NCBI GenBank assembly: GCA_965223415.1 | Contig: OZ245002.1 | Location: forward strand, 4,160,001-4,224,000 | DNA: 64,000 nt | Source: Myxococcota bacterium | Lineage (GTDB): Bacteria > Myxococcota_A > UBA9160 > UBA6930 | Direction of reading: 5' to 3' | In this document: positions 19,112-28,208 of the stretch, in pieces | Layout of the letters: each line of letters begins with the position of its first letter | Numbering within the stretch: position 1 is the stretch's first letter | Program-made: the position numbers and the translations under genes | The notes under the pieces: generated by a model | Told to the model about the DNA's origin: nothing | Seen by the model: only the letters and a program-made list of their open reading frames with translations | Database searches by the model: none

Positions 19112-20373
19112 ATAACTTCTCGATTCTGCTGCGGTTTTCTTGGCGCCTTCGCGCCCTGCACCCCGTCCGCGCCCCGTGGAGGGCGCAGGACTTCGAGCAG
19201 CGCACGGTCGGCCATGCCCGCGTAGCGCCGCGTCGAGCGCACGTCGGCGTGGCCGAGGAAGGTCTGGAGGGCGCGCTCCGAGACGCCGGGGGCCGCCGCA
19301 TCCGTGGCGAAGGTGTGCTTCGTGCCGGCGTAGAGACTCACCTTTACACCCACCCGCTTGCACGCCTCGATCCAGGTGCGGCGCAAGCTGGTCCCGGACC
19401 AACGGCCGCGAGGTCGGATCCCGCGGCCGCTCCAGGGCACGGTGAAGAGCGGCTCCGCGCGGAGGCGTCCCTCGCGTGCGACTTGCTTCGCGATCCACTC
19501 CTGAAGCACCTGCGGCACCGGCAGCCGCTTCACCTTGCCCGTCTTCGTCGAGCGGATCGGCGAGTCGAGGCGGTCACCCTTGCGTGCCTTGCTCACCGTG
19601 AGCCAGCCGTCGTGGTAGTCGGCCACGTCGAGAGCCACGGCCTCACCGGGCCGCAGGCCCATGAGTGCCATGGCGAGATAGATCCCGCGCCGGTCCTCGG
19701 GAATCGCGTCGAGGATCTCGTCCTGCGTGCGCGCCGAGAGCGGCGCGGGCGTCCGTTCCCGCCGCTTCGGCCAGGGGTACTCGCGCGGGAGCTCGCGGAT
19801 CTCCTCGCGCCGGTAGAGCCAGCCGAGGAACGAGCGGAACGCCGCCAGTATGTTCCAGCGCGTCTTCGGCGACAGCCCGCGATCCGCCAGCCAGTGCGAC
19901 CAATCCTCCAGCGCCGCATAGCTCACTTCGTGGATGCTGCGCCCGGCCCACCAGGAGAAGTGGCCGTTCGGCGCCAGGTAGCACTCGAGCTCGCGCACGT
20001 ACGTCGGGCTCCGGTCGCCGGCCTCCGCTTCCCGCTTCTTCACCGCCAGCCAGTGCACGGCGCGTGCGAGCACCAGGTTGATCGCGTGGCCGGAGGGCAG
20101 GAAGATTGCCATCGCCTCGTCGACCGTGGCGCCCTGGGCGATGCGCGAACGGATCAGCTCGAGCGCACGGCTCGCGCTCTCCTCGGTCCACGGCATCCGG
20201 CCGCCCGGCACGGGCTGCGACCAGATCCGACGCTCCCCGCCACCCGCCTTGGGAAGCTCGACGTAGATGCGGCCGTCCTTGTGCCGCCTGACCGCCCCGA
20301 AGTCGCCCATCTCCAGCCAGGCCATAGCATGCGCGGCAGCGGCCTGGGAAGGGAACTGGCACCGGTACCCCAT
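18910..20373 (-). CDS. Tyrosine recombinase/integrase (frame reads through att into antisense ssrA; start 20373 or 20310)
   Basis: GLRPGE (R), TKT (K), LYAGTKHTFAT, LGHAD, TRRY (catalytic Y); SAM-like domain (LSPKTRWNIL); adjacent to ssrA. Confidence 0.88.
   Translation of the reverse strand: MGYRCQFPSQAAAAHAMAWLEMGDFGAVRRHKDGRIYVELPKAGGGERRIWSQPVPGGRMPWTEESASRALELIRSRIAQGATVDEAMAIFLPSGHAINLVLARAVHWLAVKKREAEAGDRSPTYVRELECYLAPNGHFSWWAGRSIHEVSYAALEDWSHWLADRGLSPKTRWNILAAFRSFLGWLYRREEIRELPREYPWPKRRERTPAPLSARTQDEILDAIPEDRRGIYLAMALMGLRPGEAVALDVADYHDGWLTVSKARKGDRLDSPIRSTKTGKVKRLPVPQVLQEWIAKQVAREGRLRAEPLFTVPWSGRGIRPRGRWSGTSLRRTWIEACKRVGVKVSLYAGTKHTFATDAAAPGVSERALQTFLGHADVRSTRRYAGMADRALLEVLRPPRGADGVQGAKAPRKPQQNREVIGGGGGNRTRVRVMSDGRVYVCSPRSISGRPVAGTGGGAPWQNVDVAVRWRPASGRRPSLLMTPATP
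19161..19176 (+). repeat. Candidate integrase arm-type site (second copy at 25931-25946)
   Basis: ccccgtccgcgccccg, identical 43 nt inside attL and 49 nt inside attR1. Confidence 0.6.
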
Positions 20374-21068
20374 CGATCCTCCCTCGCTCGCAGCGAGAGG
20401 CGCGGAGAACCGGATCCGGGAGGGCGACGAGAATCCACAAGAGCAATCGCCGTGCCGAAGAAGCCGTAGATCCGAGGAGCCGTTCATCAGCTCTCCGGAG
20501 CCTCACCGGCTGCTCAGGGCCCGCTCGCTGGCACTCGCTGGTTCCCGCCGTCGCGCCAACTCCCGTTGTTGGGCGGCGCCGCATCCGCAGCTGTGCCGCC
20601 AGTTGGCGGGGCGCTTGTTCGCAGGGCTACGGAAGGGCGGAGTGCACCGCGACGGAATCACGTTCGCACGGCGACGAGAACAACTCGGTGCGATCGATCG
20701 GCTGCGATGGCAGCTCGCGGTTACGGCAAGATAAGAGGGGGCCGGTGGTCGCGGAACCCATTGGTTCTACGACGGATCTCGTGGGCGGTTCGCGTGGCTG
20801 CGGGCCGGTCCGGGCCGGTTCGGCGCGGAGTACTTCGGGCGTCATCAGTCACACGTCAGGTTCGCGAAGATCGGCTCTGTCGCCTTCCATTCGTGGTCAC
20901 GACACCCGGCCGCTCGACTGCCGCGGGCCATGACGAAGGCTGAGGAAGTCGTGACCGGCTGTTGGCGCCGGGGCGTGGACGGACGGGCTCTGTTTCCTCC
21001 CATGGAACGCCGAGGCGCGTTCTCCATGCGCCTGGCAACGGGCACGGAGCTGGCAATCGCTCGTCAGG

Positions 21069-22754
21069 ATGGGCTTCGACGCTCTTCCCGTTCCCCATGG
21101 GCATGGCGCCAGCGGACATGGCAAGAAGCACGGCTACGCGCGGCGCCGCCCCGAGGAGAGCGTCCTCTACGGTGTGGTCCAGACGGAGCTCGAGACTTTC
21201 CTGGCTCGCGCGCAGGCACGTGAACGCCCTGTGCCGCGGTTCGTCGAGCGCGAGCTTCGGGGATTTCTCCGCTGCGGCATCCTCGCCCACGGCTTCGCGC
21301 GCGTGCACTGCGACGGCTGCGGACTCGACCGGGTCGTCGCCTTCTCCTGCAAGGGCCGCGGCTTCTGTCCGTCCTGCGGAGGACGACGCATGGCCGACAC
21401 GGCGGCGCACCTGGTGGATCGGGTCCTGCCGGAGGTGCCCGTCCGGCAGTGGGTGCTCTCGCTGCCCTTCGCGCTCCGCTACCGCCTCGCCTACGACGCG
21501 CCGCTCACGAGCGCCGTGCTGGGCGTCTTCGTACGCACGGTGTTCGCTTCGCTACGGCGTCGAGCGCGCAAGCGGTGGGGCGTCGCCCGCGGCCAGTGCG
21601 GCGCGGTCACCTTCGTGCAGCGCTTCGGCGGCGCTCTCAACCTGAACGTCCACTTCCACTCCTTGCTGCTCGACGGTGCCTACGCGGCGGGACCGGACGG
21701 CGCCCTGCGCTTCCTTCCCCTCCCTCCGCCAGACGATGCCGAGGTCGAGCGGGTCGTGGCGCAGGTCGCCCGGCGTCTTCGAGGGCTCCTCGAGCGCCAA
21801 GGTCTCGGCCCCGAAGCGGACCTGGCCGATGTTGATCCCCTGGCCGAGGGCGAGCCTCTTCTGGCCCAGCTCTACGGCGCCTCCGTCGCCGGACGTATTG
21901 CCACGGGCCGCCGCGCGGGCAAGCGCGTCGTCCGCGTGGGAGACCGCATCGACCTCGAGGATCTGCCGGCGCTCGAGGGCGAGCGCTGCGCGAGCGTGAG
22001 CGGCGTGAGCCTCCACGCGAACGTGGCCGTCCCGGCTCGCGACCGCCGGCGTCTGGAGCGGCTGTGCCGCTATGTGGCACGCCCTCCGGTCGCGACCGAG
22101 CGACTCTCGCGGCTCGAGGATGGGCGGCTCCTCTACCGCCTCAAGCACCGCTGGCGCGACGGCACGACCCATGTCGTCTTCGAGCCGCAGGAGCTGGTCG
22201 AGAAGCTCGTGGCCCTGGTTCCCCCGCCCCGCGTCCACCTCGTGCGCTACCACGGGATCCTGGGCCCGTGTGCGGGCGCGCGGGACCGCGTCGTGCCGGG
22301 CTCGTCGACCCCAGAGGGGCGGGTCCGCCCGCCGCCGAGAAAGCCGGCCGTGGATCTCCCTGCGGCGACATCCAGCACGACGCCAGTCGAAGAGAAACGG
22401 CGGGATTCGGCTCCCGACCGCTGCAAGCCACTGGGCCAAGACGAGAACGGAGCGACACCGGCGCCTTCCGGTCCCCAGGAGCCCGCGTCCGCGCTTGGCG
22501 ATTCGACGCCCCGCCCTCGACGACTGGCCTGGGCCGAACTCTTGCGGCGCGTCTTCGCAGCCGACGTCCTCGAATGCCCGCGCTGCGGCGGACGCATGCG
22601 GCTGCTGGCCGCGATCCAGCCGCCCGACGCCACCGGCGCCATCCTCGACTCCCTCGAGCTGCCTAGCCGTGCCCCACCCACGGCTCCGGCCCTCCCCGAT
22701 CCGCGGGATGCCGAGGAGTGGACCGGCGACTTCCAAGCGACCCTCCGAGTCTGA
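21069..22754 (+). CDS. IS91/ISCR-family rolling-circle HUH transposase
   Basis: Zn-binding C..C...SCKGRGFCPSCG, RQWVLSLP, NVHFH (HUH), RLCRYVARP (single Tyr), RYHG, C-terminal CPRCGG. Confidence 0.92.
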   Translation: MGFDALPVPHGHGASGHGKKHGYARRRPEESVLYGVVQTELETFLARAQARERPVPRFVERELRGFLRCGILAHGFARVHCDGCGLDRVVAFSCKGRGFCPSCGGRRMADTAAHLVDRVLPEVPVRQWVLSLPFALRYRLAYDAPLTSAVLGVFVRTVFASLRRRARKRWGVARGQCGAVTFVQRFGGALNLNVHFHSLLLDGAYAAGPDGALRFLPLPPPDDAEVERVVAQVARRLRGLLERQGLGPEADLADVDPLAEGEPLLAQLYGASVAGRIATGRRAGKRVVRVGDRIDLEDLPALEGERCASVSGVSLHANVAVPARDRRRLERLCRYVARPPVATERLSRLEDGRLLYRLKHRWRDGTTHVVFEPQELVEKLVALVPPPRVHLVRYHGILGPCAGARDRVVPGSSTPEGRVRPPPRKPAVDLPAATSSTTPVEEKRRDSAPDRCKPLGQDENGATPAPSGPQEPASALGDSTPRPRRLAWAELLRRVFAADVLECPRCGGRMRLLAAIQPPDATGAILDSLELPSRAPPTAPALPDPRDAEEWTGDFQATLRV

Positions 22755-22891
22755 GCGCTGGGGCCGGCTCGGGACCGACGGGCCAAGCCGTTTCGACCGC
22801 GGCTGGGCTGGCCCGAGGGAGACGTCCGCCCGCAATTCGCAGCGCAAGCGCCGACGAACGGCGACCGGACAGCGCGACCCGCTTGAATGCC

Positions 22892-22983
22892 CCGCCTACG
22901 GTCTCGCTAGACCGAAATCCCCCGGGGAGTTGTCATTTTGGGGGTTATCGGACCTCGAACGCCCGCTTGTCCGGCCTATCCGC
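22892..22983 (+). repeat. oriIS-like terminus, copy 1 (92 bp)
   Basis: Downstream of the HUH transposase; hairpins; ends gcttgtccggcctatccgc, similar to ISCR oriIS ...TTCCTATACC; identical to 25018-25109. Confidence 0.75.
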
Positions 22984-23862
22984 GGGACCCAGTTGCTGGA
23001 GGGGGAGGGGCGCTGTCGCCGTATCACCTGCCCCTTCCATAGCTGGGCCTATGGCTTGGATGGCAACCTACTGGCAGCGCCCCATATGGAGGCGAGCAAG
23101 AGCTTCGATCGTGCTCAATTCGGCCTGCTGGAATTGCCGCTTGCGGAGCGTGCTGGCCTCCTCTTCTTGCATTTGGGGAGTAAGCCAGGCGACCTGGACG
23201 ATCAGCTTGGCGACTTCGCCACCCTGCATGCCCCCTGGCCGCTGCAGGATTTGGTCTCGACACGGCGCCGGAACCTCGAGGTCGACTGCAACTGGAAGGC
23301 CTTCCTGGAGGTCTTTAACGAGTACTATCACCTAAGGTACGTGCATCCCAAGACCATCGACGGCCTATATCAAGCCCCCGACTTACCCGATCAAACCTCT
23401 GGCAGCTATGCCAGCCAATTCGGCGAGACCAGCGGTACCGGCGCCTTGCTGCGCGAGCAGCAGGAGCACGCCCTGCCGGTGATGCCCCGCCTAGAGGGAC
23501 GCTGGAGCCGGGGTGTGCGCTATACTTGGCTCTTCCCCAACATGACCTTCGCCGCCGGCCGCGAAGCCCTTTGGATGTACGAGGCCTATCCCCTGGGGCC
23601 AGACCGCTGCCGGGTTACTCAGACCATTTGCTTTCCGCCGGAAACCATCGCGGCTACCGGATTTGAGGATCGCGCCAGTGCCTATTACCAGCGCCTCGAT
23701 GCGGCATTGGAAGAAGACATTGTGGTTCTGGAACGCCAGCAGCGCGGCCTGGCGTCCACGCACGCGCGTGCCGGCCCCTTTGCCGCCCGTCTGGAGCCCA
23801 GCGTTGCCGCCTTCGCCGCCTGGTACGCCCGCCAACTCCTCGAAACGCCAGACACTCCCTAG
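22984..23862 (+). pseudogene. 5'-truncated Rieske non-heme iron oxygenase alpha subunit (choline monooxygenase-like)
   Basis: Starts at RGTQLL, lacking the first CxH; retains CPFHSWAY, NWK...E.YH...VHP and EED. Confidence 0.82.
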
Positions 23863-24359
23863 CCCGGCATGAAGGGAATATCGGTGTCGTCCAGCGTGCA
23901 GCCGGCGGCGGTGAGCATGGCGTGCACTTGGCCGCGGTGGTGGGTTTGGTGATTGAACATGTGGGTGACGAGCAGCCACTTGGGCTTGGATACCTCGCGC
24001 CCAACGGCACCCGAAAACCAGGCAAAATCGCCTTCAAGCCAAGCGGGATCGAGGTTTTCCGCCCAGTCGATGATGACCTGGTCGAAGGCCGGCCGCTCGA
24101 CCATCAGCTCGGACCACTCGTAGTGATTGCCTGAATCGGGGATTCCGGATGCCTTTGGAGCCGGGATGTCGGCAAAACGGCTCATCCAGATCTGATCACC
24201 CCACAAAATATGGCTCAAGGTTGCGTGGATGGAGCCAAAGAAGGCACCGCGTGGTTGCTGGCGTTCCACCTCGTTCAAGCCGCCGGCGGCCCGGTAGTGG
24301 CTTTGGTTCTGCCAGCAGTTATAGGCGGCCATCGTCTTTACATAGTCGGTTGTAATCAC
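23859..24359 (-). CDS. DinB family protein
   Basis: YN.WQN, FFGSIHATLSH, HMFNHQTHHRGQVH. Confidence 0.88.
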   Translation of the reverse strand: MITTDYVKTMAAYNCWQNQSHYRAAGGLNEVERQQPRGAFFGSIHATLSHILWGDQIWMSRFADIPAPKASGIPDSGNHYEWSELMVERPAFDQVIIDWAENLDPAWLEGDFAWFSGAVGREVSKPKWLLVTHMFNHQTHHRGQVHAMLTAAGCTLDDTDIPFMPG

Positions 24360-24458
24360 AGTGGGTCTCCCTTCTGCGCAGTTTGCGCGACCGGCCACAC
24401 AATGCCATCGGGGCCCCGAAGGGCCCCGCGGATCGAACTGGTCTCTCTCGCAACGCCG

Positions 24459-25017
24459 CTATGAGACGTGATAGAGCGACTGCGCCGATACCATGGCGAA
24501 GAGCATGGGGATCGAGAGCAGGGTGTTGGTGCGCGAAAACAGCATCGCCGTGCGGGCGGCTGCCGCCTTGGCTGTCGCGTCAACCTCGACCATGCCCAGA
24601 GCCTTCTTCTGGTTGGGCCAAATCACGAACCAAACGTTGAACCACATGATCATGCCAAGCCACATGCCGATGCCAATAGAGGTATGACCAATCTCGCCGG
24701 AAGTGGCGCCCAGAGTAAGGGCGTCGACCAGATAGCCATTCATCATGGCCAGGATAAGGCCGGTGACGATGGTTGCCATGGCGCCCCAGCGGAACCACCA
24801 CAAGGCAGCCGGAGCAATCACCTTGCCAATCGCCGGTTTTTGGTCGTCAGGGATATTCGGCATGTTGGGAATCTGTACGAAATTGAAATACCACAAGAGA
24901 CCGATCCACATGACGCCGCTTAAGACATGCAGCCAGCGGAAGAAGAACTTGCCGAATTCGGCACCTGTGTATCCCCAGGCGAAGTAGATGATGAATAAGA
25001 TCAGCGCCAAGACAAAG
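24459..25017 (-). pseudogene. 5'-truncated PuuD-like (urate hydroxylase family) membrane protein
   Basis: RWLHVLSGVMWIGLLWYFNFVQ, WWFRW, NVWFVIWPNQKK, SRTNTLLSIPM; frame is cut upstream by the oriIS copy. Confidence 0.72.
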
Positions 25018-25109
25018 CCGCCTACGGTCTCGCTAGACCGAAATCCCCCGGGGAGTTGTCATTTTGGGGGTTATCGGACCTCGAACGCCCGCTTGTCCGG
25101 CCTATCCGC
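25018..25109 (+). repeat. oriIS-like terminus, copy 2, followed by terminal-motif stutter to ~25140
   Basis: Identical to 22892-22983; then cctatccgc, atccgc, ggatcacgcctatccg. Confidence 0.8.
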
Positions 25110-25211
25110 CCTATCCGCATCCGCGGATCACGCCTATCCGACCGCTTCGCGCTGTTGAGGGGGCGGAGGCACGACACACGGGCCCGACGGATTGCCTTCG
25201 GCCTCAGCTCC

Positions 25212-25613
25212 CTAGGGAGCGATGATCTCGAGCCCGGGGAAGTACGTGCGGTAACGCGTCGCATCCCGGGTAACCAGGATCAGTCCTGCGACCGCCGCAT
25301 GGGCGCCGATGTAGAAGTCGGGCAGGGGGGACCTCCGCGGGCCGCGCCGGCGCCGATATCGTACGAAGCACTTCCCGGCCAGGAAGGCCGCCTCCCAGGG
25401 CAGGGAAAGTCGGAGGAAGTCCTCCTCGGGAAGGGCGTCCTGGAGATCCTCGACCCGCTCGAACCGGATCGACACCTCGGCATAGATCAACGGGTTGATC
25501 GCGAGCGCAGAGCTCTCGGCGCACTCGGCGAGCGTCTCCCCGGACCACGCGGACCACTCCGGGTCCTCGGTCATGATGTCGAGCAGGACGTTGCTGTCGA
25601 CGAGGACGGTCAG
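25212..25613 (-). CDS. vapC: VapC/PIN-domain toxin (apparent CTG start)
   Basis: VLVDSNVLLD, INPLIYAEVS, LPDFYIGAHA, LVTRD. Confidence 0.88.
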   Translation of the reverse strand: MTVLVDSNVLLDIMTEDPEWSAWSGETLAECAESSALAINPLIYAEVSIRFERVEDLQDALPEEDFLRLSLPWEAAFLAGKCFVRYRRRRGPRRSPLPDFYIGAHAAVAGLILVTRDATRYRTYFPGLEIIAP

Positions 25614-25849
25614 CGACCGCCCCGGGTCAGCGCCAGGATCTCGTCCGTGGTCATTCGAACCGATCCGCGGCCGCGCAGTCGCTCGACGATGGACTTTCCG
25701 CGGCGCCCCGCACGGCCGGCGCGTCGGACCTTTCGCAGCCGGACGGCCTTGCCGACGATCTCGAACTCGACCTCGGTGTTGGGCAGCAGGCCGAGCTTCT
25801 CGCGGATCTCGACGGGGATGGTCACCTGGCCCTTGGTGGTGATCTTCAT
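25610..25849 (-). CDS. vapB: AbrB/MazE-like antitoxin
   Basis: MKITTKGQVTIPVEIREKLGL...VEF; stop overlaps the toxin start. Confidence 0.9.
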   Translation of the reverse strand: MKITTKGQVTIPVEIREKLGLLPNTEVEFEIVGKAVRLRKVRRAGRAGRRGKSIVERLRGRGSVRMTTDEILALTRGGR

Positions 25850-25850
25850 G

Positions 25851-25874
25851 GTATTACCTCGAGAAGTAATACTA
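25851..25874 (-). promoter_or_regulatory. vapBC operator palindrome overlapping a -10 element
   Basis: gtattac-N8-gtaatac; TAGTAT on the minus strand. Confidence 0.6.
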
Positions 25875-26085
25875 CAGGAGACCGGGTACGCGGGCACCGC
25901 CCGGGTGGCACCTCGTCGTCTTGTCCAGCGCCCCGTCCGCGCCCCGATCCCGGCTTGGAAGTGCCCGATTTCCCTGACTTCTTGCCTCCCTGCCGGCGGG
26001 TTCGATTCCCGCCGCCTCCACCAATAACTCCCCGGAATCGCCACGCTTCGCGAACCGCGATTCCGCCGTCCGCCCGGATGGCCAA

Positions 26086-26930
26086 TCATCCGAGGGCCTC
26101 TGAGCAGCAGAACCGCACCTTCTCTCCTGATCCGCATGGACAGGGCAAGTACGGCCCGATCCGGTTCTGGGCGCACTTCTCTTCGAGAATCCGCCGGAGA
26201 GTTTTCCACGGCCTTGTCGGCGTAGCGTACGTCGTTCCAGATGGCCGCTTGCGGAGGCCCAGTCTGAGGAGGCTTGGCGACGTACAAGCGGCTGAACTCG
26301 TCACGCGCCCGCTCCGACACGGCGGCGGGTACGGCCCGCGACAGCCCGCTGTTGACGGAGACGGCGACGTCGGCGGCTTCGCTCGCCTGCAGCCGACCGA
26401 GAACCTCCGGCCGGAGTTCGTCGGCAGCAGCCGTCCCTCGGAAAGCCCGTATCGCGTCGATGATCGCGGGCCCTGCTCCAGCGCCCAGATCCGCGGAGAA
26501 CCTCCCCGCGACGACATCTCCCGTGGCCGCTTCCGCCCATTCCTCCGCTGGTAGAGCTGCGAAGGCTGTCCCTGCAAGGAGGGCCTTCGCGAACCAAGGA
26601 CTCAAGCCGGGCTGACCCCAGCAAGTTGTGCAGCCGGTCGAGGGACCGGACTGGAGCGAACAGGCGCACAAAGCACACGAGGCCGCCGATCAGGTCGTGA
26701 ATCGCGCTCGTCTCTGGGTTGGGAAGCTCGGCGTTGAAGCGGGTGCCCGCTACCAGCTGGTTGGTGTTGCCCGATTCGCTCTGCAGGTCTGCCGTCGCGG
26801 AGGTTCTCCACGTGCCCGACGGATGGAGTTCAATCGGGTTGTTGGCGCGGGATGCGATCTCCTCGACAACCGAGATGGAGGTCCGATGATCCTTCAGCTT
26901 CTCCGGGGCGTACCGGATGACACGCACGGG
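26086..26930 (-). pseudogene. Frameshifted remnant with C-terminal SEC-C motif
   Basis: IGPYLPCPCGSGEKVRFCC; coding-like stretches split over three frames. Confidence 0.5.
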
Positions 26931-27089
26931 CGTACCGGTCGGCGACGAAGCACGAACGGGTGGCCGCGGAGATCGGAAACGGGATCGTGTTCAAGATCCT
27001 GGTCGGCTTCGCGCCGCAGCGGTTCCTGCGGCTCGATCCCGTGGACAGCCGGTAGAGCCTAGCGCGGCACCTTCGGATAGAGTGCCGGC

Positions 27090-28208
27090 ATGGCCGTCGA
27101 CCCTCCCGCGTCCGCCGCATGGCGCGAATTCTGCCGAGCGCTCGAGCGGGCGGGTGCGGTGCTCGAACGCGAACCGCTCGCGCGTGACCCGCTGTCGCTC
27201 GCCGAGGGCCATCGCCACTTGTTGCGGATGATCCGCCTCGGTTTCGAGTGCGTCTCGGAGTATGGCGACCCCGGGCACCCCCAGCTTTTCGAGATGGCGA
27301 GCGCGACCAAGCTCTCGGAGGGCGTCACGTCAGACGCGCGCTACCACCAGGCGTTCATCGATGGCCGCGCCCACCACGTGATCCGCGGCGACCGTGGGGA
27401 AGCCCCGCTCATCGAGATCGGGGCGTACGAGGGAAGGATGGGCTTGCATCCCTCGAACGCGTTGCTCGGCTGCCTGACCGAGGCCGAGCTGGTGGTCGAC
27501 GGCGACGGGCGCTTCGAGATCGCGCTCGGCCCCGAGGAACGGCCCGGCAACTGGTTGCGCACTGACGCACGCACGAAGTGCGTGTTCATCCGCGAGTACG
27601 CCCACGACTGGAGCCGGACGCGCGGGGCCCGGCTCGAACTCGTGCGCGCTGATGCGTCCCCGGGGCTGCGCCCACCGCTCACGCTCGAGGAGATCACCGA
27701 CGCGCTCGAGCGCACCGCACGCTTCGTGGAGACAGCGCCCGCCACGTGGGCCGATATCTCCGACTACTGGGCCGGCACCGCGAAGAACCGCATCGTTCCG
27801 CAAGAAGGGGCGTCGTCCGACACGGACATCGTCGTGCCGAGTGGGCATCGGTTTGCGTGCGGTTACTTCGAGCTCGAGCCCGACGAAGCGCTGGTCGTCC
27901 GCTTCGCGCCGCCCAGGGACACGGCGTACTGGGGGATCCACCTCGACAACTACTGGTACGAGCCACTCAGCTGGGAGGATGCGCGCTCGCAGCGCAACGA
28001 TCGCAGCGTGTGCTACGAGCCCGATGGGAGCGTCGTGCTGGTCGTCTCGTCGCAGTCGCCGGGCGAGGATGCGAACTGGCTGGATACGCAGTCCCACACC
28101 CAGGGCTCGATCGTCTTCCGCTGGTCGCGGAGCGAGGCGCCGTGTCCGGCGTTCGACTGTCGCGTCGTCCCCATCGATCGTTGGCGCGACGAAGGGGGAA
28201 GGGCATGA
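27090..28208 (+). CDS. DUF1214-like protein
   Basis: LAEGHRHLLR, D..Y..A.IDG...IRG.RG, PGNWL, YW...L.NYW.E.L, NWLDT..H..G...FRW. Confidence 0.72.
   Translation: MAVDPPASAAWREFCRALERAGAVLEREPLARDPLSLAEGHRHLLRMIRLGFECVSEYGDPGHPQLFEMASATKLSEGVTSDARYHQAFIDGRAHHVIRGDRGEAPLIEIGAYEGRMGLHPSNALLGCLTEAELVVDGDGRFEIALGPEERPGNWLRTDARTKCVFIREYAHDWSRTRGARLELVRADASPGLRPPLTLEEITDALERTARFVETAPATWADISDYWAGTAKNRIVPQEGASSDTDIVVPSGHRFACGYFELEPDEALVVRFAPPRDTAYWGIHLDNYWYEPLSWEDARSQRNDRSVCYEPDGSVVLVVSSQSPGEDANWLDTQSHTQGSIVFRWSRSEAPCPAFDCRVVPIDRWRDEGGRA

Larger units (their letters stand above)
19084..26029. mobile_element. Integrative island 1 at ssrA (~6.9 kb)
   Basis: Identical 34-bp direct repeat gcgggttcgattcccgccgcctccaccaataact at 19084-19117 and 25996-26029; integrase at the left end. 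Confidence 0.88.

Noticed and set aside
19074..19301. ORFs containing VEAAGIEP (also 31204-31644)
   Set aside because: Shadow translation of the reverse-complemented tmRNA 3' end.
20553..20610. cgccaac...gttggcg as an integron attC site
   Set aside because: Poor fit to RYYYAAC/GTTRRRY, no clear L boxes, no cassette ORF, and the integrase does not look like IntI.
20895..20957. ggtcacgac...gtcgtgacc inverted repeat as terIS of the HUH element
   Set aside because: Plausible, but there is no second copy or empty site to fix the boundary, so it is left unassigned.
22072..23862. 596-aa ORF as a real transposase-region/Rieske fusion
   Set aside because: The N-terminal half is an off-frame overlap of the transposase. 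The in-frame TTG in the ori repeat directly abuts its GGAG, so translation is doubtful.
25996..26023. tRNA-like GGGTTCGATTCCC...CCA at 25996 and 31620 as tRNA genes
   Set aside because: Only the T-arm and acceptor 3' half are present; they match the ssrA 3' end and are att repeats.
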